From Opitutales bacterium (GTDB lineage: Bacteria > Verrucomicrobiota > Verrucomicrobiia > Opitutales > JABSRG01), in assembly GCA_049599475.1 (NCBI GenBank), contig JBMYOQ010000054.1:1-30437 (forward strand): a DNA stretch of 30,437 nucleotides. The letters are read 5' to 3'. Both the position numbers and the translations under genes were made by a program. This document shows, one piece after another, positions 1 through 10,102 of the stretch. The notes under the pieces were generated by a model. The model did no database searches. It worked only from the letters and a program-made list of their open reading frames with translations, and had not been told where the DNA came from. Numbering within the stretch: the first letter of the stretch is position 1; each line of letters begins with the position of its first letter.

Positions 1-140
1 AGTAAACGCTTCCTGATACGCTAACTTTATCAAAGTTTATGCGAAAAGGTATTACAGCAATGGTACCGTTCATTTTCGGCGTTATGATGTGAAGGGCGTG
101 TTGCAGGACATGGAAGACCAAATTGAGAAAGGGTCTAATA

Positions 141-174
141 AAAAGGCCCCACGCTAGTGAACGTGAGGCCTTTT
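141..174 (-). terminator. Rho-independent terminator downstream of tkt (possibly bidirectional)
   Basis: The minus strand reads AAAAGGCCTCACG-TTCACTAG-CGTGGGGCCTTTTT: a GC-rich stem followed by a T tract, 30 bp after the tkt stop. A/T tracts lie on both sides. Confidence 0.85.
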
Positions 175-203
175 GTGAATATTGGGTATGGTAAGATCGT
201 TTC

Positions 204-2201
204 TTAGAAGGACTTCACTGCATCAACGACAGCTTCCTTAGTCACGCCGAGTTCCTTAAGAACTGCGCCGCCTGGAGCTGAGAGACCGAAGGTGTCGATA
301 CCGATGATCTTTCCGTTGAGGCCGACATACTTATACCAGTAGTCCGAAACACCAGCTTCGACCGCTACGCGGTTGGTGCAGCTCGCTGGGAGGACGGATT
401 CCTTGTATTCAGCATCTTGTTTGTCGAAGCGGAATGCAGAAGGCATAGATACTACGCGCACGCCGTCGCCGAGTTCAGCAGCAGCTTCGAGCGCGAGCTC
501 AAGTTCAGATCCGCAAGAAATGATGATGGCTTCAAGATCGGCTGTTTCCTTCTTGATGATGTATGCACCCTTGAGGACACCCATACGCTTTTCTTCAGCA
601 GATGCCTGTGGGAGCACTGGAAGGTTTTGGCGAGAAAGGCTGAGGCCTGTTGGGCCGTCGCGACGCTCGAAAGAAGCGATCAAGGCACCGACGGATTCTT
701 CTGGGTCGCCTGGCTTGATCATGTCGAGGTTTGGCATCAAGCGGAGAGATGACATGGTCTCCACTGGCTGGTGAGTGGGGCCATCGACACCAACGCCGAC
801 ACTATCGTGAGTCCAGTACCACAGTGCTGGAATGTTCGAAAGAGCCGCGAGGCGCACACTTGGGCGCATGTAGTCAGAGAATGTGAAGAATGTCGCGCCG
901 GATGGCTTGTAGAGACCTTCGTAAGCGAGGCCGTTCACGATCGCACCCATGGCGTGCTCACGGATGCCGAAAAGGATGTTACGACCCTTAGGATTTTCTC
1001 CAGAGAAGTCGCCGTCTGATTCCTTAAGGTAGTTCTTAGTAGAACCGTGAAGGTCAGCTGAACCCGAGACCACGAGAGGGAGTTTGCCAGCGATGGTGCT
1101 CAATGCGCTACCTGCTGAGGCACGTGTTGCAACGGCTTTCTCTGGGTTGAACTCAGGGACCATTGCGGAAATTTCTTCAGCTGATGGAAGCTTGTCTGCG
1201 TAGCCATCTTCGAGAAGTGTCGCGAGCTCTGGATTTGCAGCCTTCCATGCGTCGTAGGTCTTTTGCCACTCTGCAGTAGCAGCCTTGCGCTCTTCTGCCT
1301 TAGATGCGAAGTGTGCTTTTACTTCGTCTGAGAGGAAGAAAGGCTCTCCAGGGAGACCGAGAGCTGCCTTGGAAGCTTCTGCGTATTTCGCGCCGCCTTC
1401 ACCGTGTGCGCCGGAAGTTCCAGCTACTTCTGGAATGCCGCGACCGATTTCAGTGCGTGCGATGATGATAGTAGGCTTCCCATTGTCGTTCGCCTTTGCA
1501 TCTGCAACCGCCTTGATGACTGCTTCTACATCGTGACCATCGATGTCGATCACATCCCAGCCGAGGCCTTCGTATACTGCTGTGAAGTCTTCTGATTGAG
1601 ACTTGTCCGCAGATGCATCGAGGGTGACTTCGTTTGAGTCGAAAATCAGGATTAGGTTGTCGAGCTTGTTGTGTCCTGCAAACGCTACAGCTTCACGAGC
1701 CACACCTTCCTGGAGACATCCGTCGCCAGCAACTGCTACCACGTGGTAGTCGAAAATCTTGTGCTCGTCGGTGTTGAACATGGATTCTGCCATCTTGCCA
1801 GAAACTGCCAAACCGACTGCGTTACCCACGCCTTGACCCAGAGGACCTGTCGTGCACTCAACACCGACAGTGTGCCCATATTCTGGGTGACCGGGAGTCT
1901 TACTGTGTAGGTGACGGAAGGAAGCGAGGTCTTCCTTTGACACGTCGTAACCCGCCATGTGCAACCATCCGTAGATGAACATGCTGCCGTGTCCTGCCGA
2001 AAGGACGAAGCGGTCGCGATTCCACCAGCGTGGTTCGCTCGGGTCAAAGTTGAGGCTTTCAGAAAACAGGGCTGCACCGACTTCAGCTGCGCCCAGAGGC
2101 ATGCCAAGGTGTCCAACGTTTCCTGCGGCGACTACGCCGTCGATTGCAATACCGCGCGCCTGAGTGGCCGCTTGGGTGAGTATTTCAGTATTGATTGCCA
2201 T
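204..2201 (-). CDS. tkt: Transketolase
   Basis: 665 aa. Motifs [29 protein letters not shown]-binding [16 protein letters not shown] and THDS..G.DGPTHQP. Confidence 0.97.
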   Translation of the reverse strand: MAINTEILTQAATQARGIAIDGVVAAGNVGHLGMPLGAAEVGAALFSESLNFDPSEPRWWNRDRFVLSAGHGSMFIYGWLHMAGYDVSKEDLASFRHLHSKTPGHPEYGHTVGVECTTGPLGQGVGNAVGLAVSGKMAESMFNTDEHKIFDYHVVAVAGDGCLQEGVAREAVAFAGHNKLDNLILIFDSNEVTLDASADKSQSEDFTAVYEGLGWDVIDIDGHDVEAVIKAVADAKANDNGKPTIIIARTEIGRGIPEVAGTSGAHGEGGAKYAEASKAALGLPGEPFFLSDEVKAHFASKAEERKAATAEWQKTYDAWKAANPELATLLEDGYADKLPSAEEISAMVPEFNPEKAVATRASAGSALSTIAGKLPLVVSGSADLHGSTKNYLKESDGDFSGENPKGRNILFGIREHAMGAIVNGLAYEGLYKPSGATFFTFSDYMRPSVRLAALSNIPALWYWTHDSVGVGVDGPTHQPVETMSSLRLMPNLDMIKPGDPEESVGALIASFERRDGPTGLSLSRQNLPVLPQASAEEKRMGVLKGAYIIKKETADLEAIIISCGSELELALEAAAELGDGVRVVSMPSAFRFDKQDAEYKESVLPASCTNRVAVEAGVSDYWYKYVGLNGKIIGIDTFGLSAPGGAVLKELGVTKEAVVDAVKSF

Positions 2202-2312
2202 AATAAGAAGAGGGAGGTTGTAAGCGAAAGAGACGTTTTACCAGGTTTTGTTTAATTAAAATTTATAATGAATAGAGTGAATCAAGTTTGGCATAATTTT
2301 GTCATCCAACCG

Positions 2313-2969
2313 TTACTTAATTCGCTTGGCTATGAAGGGTGTCGCCCACCAAAGGGCTCCGCAAAATACGAGAAGGCCCAGAAATAGAGCAGGTTGAGTG
2401 GTCACAACCGCTGGGTAAATTGCCGCGGTGATGATCATTCCGGAAATAGCGCCCCCAATATGTGCTTCGTGCGAAATGTTTCCCGCGCGTCCCATCGCGA
2501 AGACCGAAACCCCGATGAACAGGAATGCATACGCCCAGGAGGGGATAGGAAAGGGGATCGGAATGATGAAAATGGATCCGCCAGGTAAAAGGAAAATAGA
2601 GCCAAAAATAATCCCGCAGACACCTCCCGATGCCCCGAGCGCGCGGTAGGGCTTTCCGCGGTTCACGGCGAGTGCGAATAGGCTGCTCGCAACGATGGAC
2701 CCTAAATAGATAATTAAAAGAGGTCCAGCCCCGTAGCTTCGCTCGACCAATCCCGCGAAGCTGTAAAAGCTAAACATGTTAAATGCAAAATGTATCCAAT
2801 CTGCGTGAATAAAGCCGCTCGAGATCAAGCGTTGATATTCGCGACCCTTTGTGATCGCGAAGTTATCCAGCAACAGTCTCTGAAGAATTGCGCGATCATA
2901 GAACGCCCATGCAGTGATACCTGCCGTCGCGGCAATAATTAGTAGAGTAATCGGAGGTTCTTGGGACAC
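2313..2969 (-). CDS. Rhomboid family intramembrane serine protease
   Basis: 218 aa, about 6 hydrophobic segments. Motifs FIHADWIHFAFNM, catalytic GASGG and HEAHIGG. GTG start. Confidence 0.92.
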   Translation of the reverse strand: MSQEPPITLLIIAATAGITAWAFYDRAILQRLLLDNFAITKGREYQRLISSGFIHADWIHFAFNMFSFYSFAGLVERSYGAGPLLIIYLGSIVASSLFALAVNRGKPYRALGASGGVCGIIFGSIFLLPGGSIFIIPIPFPIPSWAYAFLFIGVSVFAMGRAGNISHEAHIGGAISGMIITAAIYPAVVTTQPALFLGLLVFCGALWWATPFIAKRIK

Positions 2970-3134
2970 CCCTTCATGCGTGAAGAACTCCAGGCGGGAG
3001 GCAAGCCGTAAGCTTTGTTTTTAGAGCAGAACTGCACCTGTCGGCTTTGAATATTGGAATAGCTCTAGAGCGAAACTGCAATCTTGCTGTCCAAATAGAG
3101 TTGATTCCTGGGAGACAGCGTCGTCAATTACAGT

Positions 3135-5225
3135 ATGCAATCCCCATTTTTGGACACCTCTTTCCTGATTCGCTGGTCTGAACTAAAGCCAAGTTCTATT
3201 GTAGATGATATTACGCAAGGCCTCGAGATCGCCGGAGCGAATTTGCAGAAGATAAGGGAACAGCCCTTGGAGTCGGTTAGTTTTGCATCTTCGATCCTCG
3301 CTCTAGAGGAGGCGACGAAACCGTTGAGTGTAGCTTGGAATAAAGTCCAGCATTTGGATTCGGTTCAAAATTCGAAAGAGCTGCGAGAGGCAAACAATGC
3401 AATGCTGCCAAAGGTCAGTGAGTTTTTCTCGAAAATCCCACTGGATGGCGAGCTCTGGGCCGTCGTCAAAGCCTTCTCGGAAACGCCGGAGGCGGCCCAG
3501 CTCGAAGGGATTCAGAAACGTTTGTTCGAGGAAACCCTTTCAGATTTTAAAGAAAACGGTGCGGACTTAGCCGCAAATGAAAAGGCGCAGGTGGAAAAGA
3601 TTGATAGCGAGCTTGCGGCGAAGACTCAGAAGTTCAGCGAAAATGTGTTGGATGCTACCAACGCGTGGGAATATGTGACTGCGGACTTGGCTGAATTAGC
3701 TGGCTTACCTGAGACGTCCGTATCCGCTGCAAAGCAGGATGCTCTGAGCAAAGGTCATGGCTCCGATGAGTCACCGCAGTATCGGTTTACGCTTCAGATG
3801 CCCAGCCTATTACCTGTATTGAAATATGCAGACAATCGAGCATTCCGTGAGAAAGTTTGGCGCGCATCTACAGCTGTGGGGCGCGAGGATAAGACGGATA
3901 ATGTCCCACTGATTAAAGACATCCTTAAATTGAGGCACCAAAAGGCTCAGATTCTCGGGCGGGAGCATTTTGCGGATATGGTATTGGCGCGCCGAATGGC
4001 GAAAAAGGGAGCGTCTGCCCTGAAATTTGTCGAGGACTTGCATGACCGCGTAGCATCCGCGTTCCAGGCGGATTACTCAGAATTAGCCGATTTTAAATCT
4101 CGCACGGCTCCTCAGGAGGATGGCTTGCACCCTTGGGATGTAGCGTATTGGTCGGAGAAGCAGCGCCAGGCTCAGTATGCTTTTGATGAAGAAGCCTTGC
4201 GTCCTTATTTTTCGATCGATCGCGTGATCTCGGGTATGTTTGATCTGGCTAGCCAGCTGTTTGATTTGCGTATTGAAGAAATTGAGACGCAGTACGTTGC
4301 AAAAGGTGCAACGCCGAAAGAAGGGGTCGCTGAGGTTTGGGATCCAGAGGTAAAACTTTACGGAGTCTATGATGCCTCCTCGGGAGTCTACCAAGGCGCG
4401 TTCTATTCGGATTGGTATCCACGTGAAAACAAGCGAGGCGGCGCGTGGATGAACTATTTGTATACTGGGACGGTATCGGGGGCGGGCGACCGCACCCCGC
4501 ATCTCGGGCTGATCTGTGGCAATATGACACCGAGTGTGGGCGATAAGCCAGCATTGCTCAACCACCGTGAGGTGGAGACCGTGTTCCATGAATTTGGGCA
4601 CTTGCTGCATCATATCTGCGGCGAGGTCGAAATCCCATCTCTAAACGGTGTAAATGTGGCCTGGGATTTCGTGGAATTACCGTCACAAATCATGGAAAAC
4701 TGGTGCTGGGAGCGCGAAAGCTTAGATAAGTTTGCGCGTCATTATGAGACTGGTGAGCCGATACCTGAAGATCTTTTTGGCAAGATGATTGCCGCAAAAA
4801 ATTACCAGAGTGCATCATTCACCATGCGCCAATTATCTTTTGGCAAAATGGATCTGGATCTCCATATCAACCATGCTGGAAAAGATATCGAAGATTTGGA
4901 TGCACTTCTCAAAGAAATTTTGGATGGGTACGAAGTCCAGTTGGATACGCCTTCGGTAAATATCGCTCCGCGCTTCACCCATATCTTTGGTAGTTCCGTG
5001 GGGTATGCTGCGGGATACTATTCTTACAAATGGGCGGAAGTCCTGGATGCAGATGCATTCTCCAAATTTAAAGAAGAGGGTATCCTAAATCGTGATACAG
5101 GGCGCAAGTTCCGCGAAGAAATCTTAAGCAAGGGCAACAGTGCTCCACCTGAAGACCTGTTTAGGAATTTCATGGGGCGCGATCCAGATGCCAACGCACT
5201 GCTCGAGCGAGCTGGCCTTCTGTAA
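3135..5225 (+). CDS. prlC: M3A family oligopeptidase A-like metallopeptidase
   Basis: 696 aa. Zinc motif FHEFGHLLH, WDFVELPSQIMENW, KRGGAWM, GYAAGYYSYKWAEVLDADAF. Confidence 0.92.
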   Translation: MQSPFLDTSFLIRWSELKPSSIVDDITQGLEIAGANLQKIREQPLESVSFASSILALEEATKPLSVAWNKVQHLDSVQNSKELREANNAMLPKVSEFFSKIPLDGELWAVVKAFSETPEAAQLEGIQKRLFEETLSDFKENGADLAANEKAQVEKIDSELAAKTQKFSENVLDATNAWEYVTADLAELAGLPETSVSAAKQDALSKGHGSDESPQYRFTLQMPSLLPVLKYADNRAFREKVWRASTAVGREDKTDNVPLIKDILKLRHQKAQILGREHFADMVLARRMAKKGASALKFVEDLHDRVASAFQADYSELADFKSRTAPQEDGLHPWDVAYWSEKQRQAQYAFDEEALRPYFSIDRVISGMFDLASQLFDLRIEEIETQYVAKGATPKEGVAEVWDPEVKLYGVYDASSGVYQGAFYSDWYPRENKRGGAWMNYLYTGTVSGAGDRTPHLGLICGNMTPSVGDKPALLNHREVETVFHEFGHLLHHICGEVEIPSLNGVNVAWDFVELPSQIMENWCWERESLDKFARHYETGEPIPEDLFGKMIAAKNYQSASFTMRQLSFGKMDLDLHINHAGKDIEDLDALLKEILDGYEVQLDTPSVNIAPRFTHIFGSSVGYAAGYYSYKWAEVLDADAFSKFKEEGILNRDTGRKFREEILSKGNSAPPEDLFRNFMGRDPDANALLERAGLL

Positions 5226-5245
5226 ATTAGAAGAACTGACGTTTG

Positions 5246-6535
5246 CTAGATCTGCTCCGCAATCTCCAAGACTGCCTCGGCGAATCTATCCACCTCCTCT
5301 ATGCGCGTGCACAAGTGTGGGGTGATCCGGAGGCCTGGGACGCGTTTGTGGCCTATGGGCACTGTGAAAATCTGATAGTCGTCGTAGAGTTTTTGCGCGA
5401 AGTCTTTGGGGGCCATGCCTTGGATGCCTACATTGCCGATGGCGCAGGTGCGTTCATGCTGTAAGGGCGAATTGTAAATGACATTGGGGTGCCCGATCAC
5501 TTTTTCGACCCAGCGTTGGCGCAAGTAGCGCAGGCGCTCCTGCTTCAGCTCAGATCCAATCGCATTGTGGAAGGAAATGCAGTCAGGGATCGTCTCATGG
5601 GCGGCATAGGGTTGGGTGCCGAGCGTATCGAGCTTACGGATATTGTCCGGTTCGCGGATCCTACCGATGAGGGGTTGAATGTCTTTTACGCGCTCCTTTT
5701 TCACATACAGAGCCCCCAGGCCAAGGGGAGCGCACAGCCATTTGTGCAGGCTGGTGCCCATGAAATCGCATTTAAAATCGCCAACTTTGTAATCGATATG
5801 GGCGAAGCCGTGGGCCGAATCGACGAGCACATCGATCCCCTTGGACTTCGCGATTTCTGAGATCTTCGCAACCGGCAGCACATGTCCTGTGATATTGATC
5901 AGGTGCGTGACATGCATCAGCTTTGTCTTGGAAGTAATCGCCTCCTCGAAGACTGAAACAATCTCTTCGTCGCTCTCGGGATTGAGCGGGACTTCCACGG
6001 TTTTTAAAAGGATGCCGTCACGCTCTGCCCGAAATTTCAAAGCCTCGACCATGCTGCCGTAATCTTGGTCGCCCAGGATCACTTCATCTCCGGCCTTCAA
6101 ATCCAGCCCTTGAATCACGATATTCATCGACTCGGTGGTATTGCGTGTGATGGCGATCTCATCAGGCCCGCATCCTGCAAAATCTGCCAGGTATGTGCGC
6201 ACCTCTTCGAGCATATTGCGCATCTTCGTACGCATAAAGTAAGAGGCCTCGGTATTCACGGCGCGGCTACGCTCCAGGAGAAGCTCCAAATTCTCGGTCG
6301 GCATCATCGAAAAGTAGCCATGCTCCAGGTTTGTGAACTGAGGAGGGAGATCAAAACCGCGTTGGATCGGCACCCAGAAGGACTCGTCGCTCACGCGGTC
6401 TAGGGGATTGTCCAAGGCGGGTATTGCGTTCAAAGCATCGGTGATTCCACCAAAGGCGCGTTGTGCGAGGGCGAATGCGCCGGCTGCGCTCGCTCCTGTC
6501 TTGAGAAATTGTCGTCGATTGTGAAGGGCATCCAT
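5246..6535 (-). CDS. Class V aminotransferase-fold PLP enzyme (isopenicillin N epimerase/PvdN-like) with Tat signal peptide
   Basis: 429 aa. N-terminal NRRQFLK twin-arginine motif with a hydrophobic stretch. TRNTTE, VDSAH and PLP-lysine motif SLHKWLCAP. Confidence 0.85.
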   Translation of the reverse strand: MDALHNRRQFLKTGASAAGAFALAQRAFGGITDALNAIPALDNPLDRVSDESFWVPIQRGFDLPPQFTNLEHGYFSMMPTENLELLLERSRAVNTEASYFMRTKMRNMLEEVRTYLADFAGCGPDEIAITRNTTESMNIVIQGLDLKAGDEVILGDQDYGSMVEALKFRAERDGILLKTVEVPLNPESDEEIVSVFEEAITSKTKLMHVTHLINITGHVLPVAKISEIAKSKGIDVLVDSAHGFAHIDYKVGDFKCDFMGTSLHKWLCAPLGLGALYVKKERVKDIQPLIGRIREPDNIRKLDTLGTQPYAAHETIPDCISFHNAIGSELKQERLRYLRQRWVEKVIGHPNVIYNSPLQHERTCAIGNVGIQGMAPKDFAQKLYDDYQIFTVPIGHKRVPGLRITPHLCTRIEEVDRFAEAVLEIAEQI

Positions 6536-6648
6536 ACGCTCACGACTGCATTTTCGCTGCCCAAAGAAAAAGTTTTTAACAGAAATGCCTTAGAAGTTGA
6601 ACGAAGCACCGCTTTGGCGTGTTTATATTAACTAAGCCTTTCCACACT

Positions 6649-7281
6649 ATGCTTTTGCACATCTCATCATTCTCTTCATTTCTCAGGAAGTTCATCCTGT
6701 TTGAATGCTTTGTCTTGGCAGCGTTTTCTTTATCAGCCCAGGACGACACCCGTATGCGCTTGGCCAATCTGGCTCAGGACGTCGGATTGCTGACACGCGA
6801 AGTGCGTGCCCTGCGCCTCGAAGTGGAATCCTTGCGCTCCGAGAACGCCACGCTCCGCAATCGAATATCGGGCGTGGATTCCCTCAAGGTTCAGCTTTCG
6901 GTTATCAATGAGAATGTGCTGACACAGGTGGCTAATCTTGAAAAGAGCATCGCAGCCGGGGATGCCGCTACCAAGAAGTCGGTTCTCAACGAAGTGGCCA
7001 AGCAGATCAAATCTCTGGGGGCTCAGACAGATCGCACGCTTCAAGCTATTTCTGATGCCGTCAATCAACAGCCCACGGTTCCCGTGAATAACACACCGGT
7101 AACCTTTGACAGTAATTATCCGGAGGCGGGCTTCGTGTATGAAGTGCAATCTGGAGATACATTGAGCGGCATCGCTAAAAAGCTAGGATCGCGGGTCACA
7201 TGGATTCAAAATGCGAACAAGATTGCCGATCCGACGAAGCTTCAAGCTGGTCAAACCCTCTTTATACCCCAAGCTGAGTAA
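6649..7281 (+). CDS. Exported coiled-coil protein with C-terminal LysM domain
   Basis: Signal-like N-terminus (..VLAAFSLSA-QD), heptad-rich middle, LysM YEVQSGDTLSGIAKKLG...LQAGQTLFIP. ATG at 6649 preferred over the ORF-track GTG at 6619. Confidence 0.85.
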   Translation: MLLHISSFSSFLRKFILFECFVLAAFSLSAQDDTRMRLANLAQDVGLLTREVRALRLEVESLRSENATLRNRISGVDSLKVQLSVINENVLTQVANLEKSIAAGDAATKKSVLNEVAKQIKSLGAQTDRTLQAISDAVNQQPTVPVNNTPVTFDSNYPEAGFVYEVQSGDTLSGIAKKLGSRVTWIQNANKIADPTKLQAGQTLFIPQAE

Positions 7282-7284
7282 AAT

Positions 7285-8268
7285 ATGGCGCAGCCCAAAA
7301 GTAGATTAGGACGAGGACTCGGTAATTTAATTTCCGGTGGTGTTTCTCAGGCGGCCCCTAAAAAGGCTGCTGCGAAGAAGGAGAGTGCACCCGCTAAGAA
7401 GAAAGCTTCTGCACCCAAGGAAGCGGTTTCCAAGGCGGCTCCCGAAGAGAATAAAGCGGATAGCGGATTCACGCTCATTGAAGTGGATGTCGCCAAAATT
7501 CTGACGAATCCCTACCAGCCGCGCCGCGAGTTCCGCCAAGAACACATCATAGATCTCGCCAGTAGCATACGCGCTGAAGGGCTCCTGCAGCCGATTGTTG
7601 TGCGCAAGAAGGAGAAGATGTATGAACTGATCGCGGGTGAACGTCGCTGGCGAGCATTTCAGTTTCTCAAGATCCGCAAGATTCCTGCGCGTATCATCAA
7701 GGCCAGCGACGCATCTAGTGCCGCTTTGGCCCTTATTGAAAATCTACAGCGCGAAGGCCTGAACCCGATCGAAGAAGCCTTGGGTTACTCCAGCTTGATC
7801 CGCGATTTCGACCTCACCCAAGAGGCTGCTGCCGAGCGCGTAGGCAAGGGGAGAGCGACGGTTGCCAATGCGCTGCGTTTACTGACACTGGATGCTAAGC
7901 TCCAAGCCTATATCGCCCGGGGCATGCTCTCGACGGGGCACGCGAAAGTCTTGCTTGGACTACCCGAGGCGGCTCACCGTGAATTACTGGCTCAGCGCAT
8001 TATCGAGAATTCGATGAGTGTCCGCGAGGCTGAGCGCGAGGTAAAGCGAATCAAGGAAGGCAAGTCTGCCCGCAAATCCCAGGAGGCCGGAGGGGCCAAT
8101 GCCGCAGAGAATACGGCTATTCAGAATTTGGAGCGTAAATTAACTTCCGAGCTTAATACAAACGTGAGCCTGAAGCACTCTGCTAAGAAAGGTAAGCTGA
8201 TCATCGAATATCGTGGAAATGACGATTTGCAGCGTATCTTGGATCGCATGGGAGTGAGCGTCGGCTGA
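7285..8268 (+). CDS. parB: ParB/Spo0J chromosome partitioning protein
   Basis: 327 aa. N-terminal LGRGL peptide, NPYQPR, GLLQPIVVR, ELIAGERRWRA, ALIENLQREGLNPIEEA and an HTH region. Confidence 0.95.
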   Translation: MAQPKSRLGRGLGNLISGGVSQAAPKKAAAKKESAPAKKKASAPKEAVSKAAPEENKADSGFTLIEVDVAKILTNPYQPRREFRQEHIIDLASSIRAEGLLQPIVVRKKEKMYELIAGERRWRAFQFLKIRKIPARIIKASDASSAALALIENLQREGLNPIEEALGYSSLIRDFDLTQEAAAERVGKGRATVANALRLLTLDAKLQAYIARGMLSTGHAKVLLGLPEAAHRELLAQRIIENSMSVREAEREVKRIKEGKSARKSQEAGGANAAENTAIQNLERKLTSELNTNVSLKHSAKKGKLIIEYRGNDDLQRILDRMGVSVG

Positions 8269-8290
8269 GCGAAAGATCGATTTTAATATT

Positions 8291-8812
8291 ATGAAAATAG
8301 GTGCGAAAACTGTAACTCTCGTGACAATTTTAGGCGCCTGCTTTCTGGCGTTTTTATTCTCTCTAACACCTAAGCCTATTTCGGAGGCTGAACGAGTCGC
8401 TGCAGCCAACGAAAAGTATTTCGCGCAGATATTCCATCGCTGCCAAAATGTCCCCGAGCTGAAGGAGTTTATTGATCTATATCAGCCCACAAGTGCCTTG
8501 GAGTTTTTTGACAATGAGACGATGAGCCAAGTCGTTCAGGTTGCCTGTCACGTGGAGATCGACAAGCGATACAAGGCGGCGTTTGTGGCCGATGTGCGCA
8601 TCAACGACGCAGGATTCTATGATTTAACAGCGGAGCCCAAAATTTGGATCGAAGATACGCTCGGAAAATTCACAACCCACTTTGAAAATGGTCACTCGAC
8701 CGGGAGCACCCTCAAATTCCATCCAAAAATGTGGATGGAATTCATCGATTCAGGCGCAGACATAGAGGCCTATCGAACAATGGATATTCAGGGCCCAATG
8801 GTCATGCAATGA
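8291..8812 (+). CDS. Hypothetical protein with N-terminal membrane anchor or signal peptide
   Basis: 173 aa ORF with ATG 22 bp after parB. Hydrophobic N-terminus; no family recognised. Confidence 0.65.
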   Translation: MKIGAKTVTLVTILGACFLAFLFSLTPKPISEAERVAAANEKYFAQIFHRCQNVPELKEFIDLYQPTSALEFFDNETMSQVVQVACHVEIDKRYKAAFVADVRINDAGFYDLTAEPKIWIEDTLGKFTTHFENGHSTGSTLKFHPKMWMEFIDSGADIEAYRTMDIQGPMVMQ

Positions 8813-8902
8813 TCGCCTTTGGTATTGTATCATTCCTCAGACGGGGCACATCTTGGGGGTTCTAAAATAGTCTGCTTACCTTAGAATTTGTGGTAGGTGC
8901 GC

Positions 8903-10102
8903 TTATTCGGATAGCTCCAAGTAGGGCGGATCTGAGGTTACGAGCGAATCAAAAGCGACTTCCTTTTCGCTATCGAGGCTGAGAATAAGTGTGTAGATTT
9001 TACCGCGTTCAAACACAGGTTCTAAGGGCACTTGGATGGACGCGCCGTCGGTAGCGCGGATATATTCCCGGCCAATTATTTTTATCGGACCCGGAAGCAG
9101 TGCTGCGTCAGTATCTTCTGTCCATGAACTATCTGAGCCCAACTGGATGGTGAGTTCACCTTCTCCTGGGAGTTTGGCTCCGGTGAGGTTTAGAACGGCC
9201 CGCTTGGCATCTCGAATGCCTGATATTTGGAATTTGATGTAACTCGTTGTTGAACCTCCGACCCTCAAGGTCCTCATGTTTCTGAGATCTTCGCCACGCC
9301 TTGTGATATCGAGCATTGGGTCAATTATAATGCTTCGAAGTAGCTTCTGGGGTCGCATGTCTCGCTCTGAGGTATCCACAAATTGCCCACCGCTCACGAG
9401 AATTTCTTCTCCATCAGTAGCTCGCTTCAAGACGACTTCTCCTTCAATTACCGATAGGCGTGTGTTGCCCGAAACGTATTCCAGGTCGAATATGGTGCCG
9501 AGCACCGTGACCGTCGAATCTGGCGTGGACACGCTAAATGGGGACGCTTCTGGGGCGCGTTTGGGCACTTCGATACTGACTTCGCCCCTTGCGAGGGCGA
9601 ATTGTTCATCGCCGCTGGAAAGCACCAGCTCGGTCTCCTCGAATAACTCAACGCGCGAGCCATCGCTCATCTCGAATGAGGTGGAAGCGCCGTCTTTATT
9701 CAAAAGTCGATCTCCCGGTAATAGCTCAAGGCCCTCGACTAAATCTATCGGTCGCCCATCTCGGAATATCTGGGCCGTTCCCTCGGCGAATGAACCTTGG
9801 GTGACTGCGATGGCGGTTTGCTGCTCCTGAACTCTAAGCGAAAAGGCAAAACCAATTCCCAGTGCTACGGTAATAACTGCTGCTGCCGCGAGAATAGCTT
9901 TGCGGAAGAAGATGCTTTTTCTCTGCTCCGCTTGTTCATGTGCCAGCTCACGGACAAGGCTATGCATACGCACGTGTTCTCGGAAGCGTTGGGCATATAT
10001 TGCATTTCCCTCAACGGCCTCTTTCAGCTTGATGATTTCGTCGTCCGTGAGGGTGTTTCCAAAATAGGCTGCGAGGAGCTTTTCGAACTCAATTTCCTCC
10101 AT
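8903..10102 (-). CDS. FecR-type anti-sigma factor 1 with C-terminal DNRLRE/CBM96-like domain
   Basis: N-terminal anti-sigma helices, one TM segment (AILAAAAVITVALGIGFAF), FecR core (DGSRVEL, FSVSTPDSTVTVLGTIF, LSVIEGEV). Start placed at ATG 10102, which overlaps the sigma TAA (TAATG coupling). Confidence 0.88.
   Translation of the reverse strand: MEEIEFEKLLAAYFGNTLTDDEIIKLKEAVEGNAIYAQRFREHVRMHSLVRELAHEQAEQRKSIFFRKAILAAAAVITVALGIGFAFSLRVQEQQTAIAVTQGSFAEGTAQIFRDGRPIDLVEGLELLPGDRLLNKDGASTSFEMSDGSRVELFEETELVLSSGDEQFALARGEVSIEVPKRAPEASPFSVSTPDSTVTVLGTIFDLEYVSGNTRLSVIEGEVVLKRATDGEEILVSGGQFVDTSERDMRPQKLLRSIIIDPMLDITRRGEDLRNMRTLRVGGSTTSYIKFQISGIRDAKRAVLNLTGAKLPGEGELTIQLGSDSSWTEDTDAALLPGPIKIIGREYIRATDGASIQVPLEPVFERGKIYTLILSLDSEKEVAFDSLVTSDPPYLELSE

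Noticed and set aside
1..140. Possible gene end or small ORF at the window start
   Set aside because: All three + frames stop within 24 bp. Only a 17-codon ORF follows, with no supporting features.
373..2255. Many + strand ORFs opposite tkt, and similar shadow ORFs opposite the other long genes
   Set aside because: They are antisense or out-of-frame shadows of well-supported genes, with no recognisable motifs.
2288..2305. Sigma-54-like TTGGCATAATTTTGT
   Set aside because: The -12 GC is missing, and it points into the 3' end of the antisense rhomboid gene.
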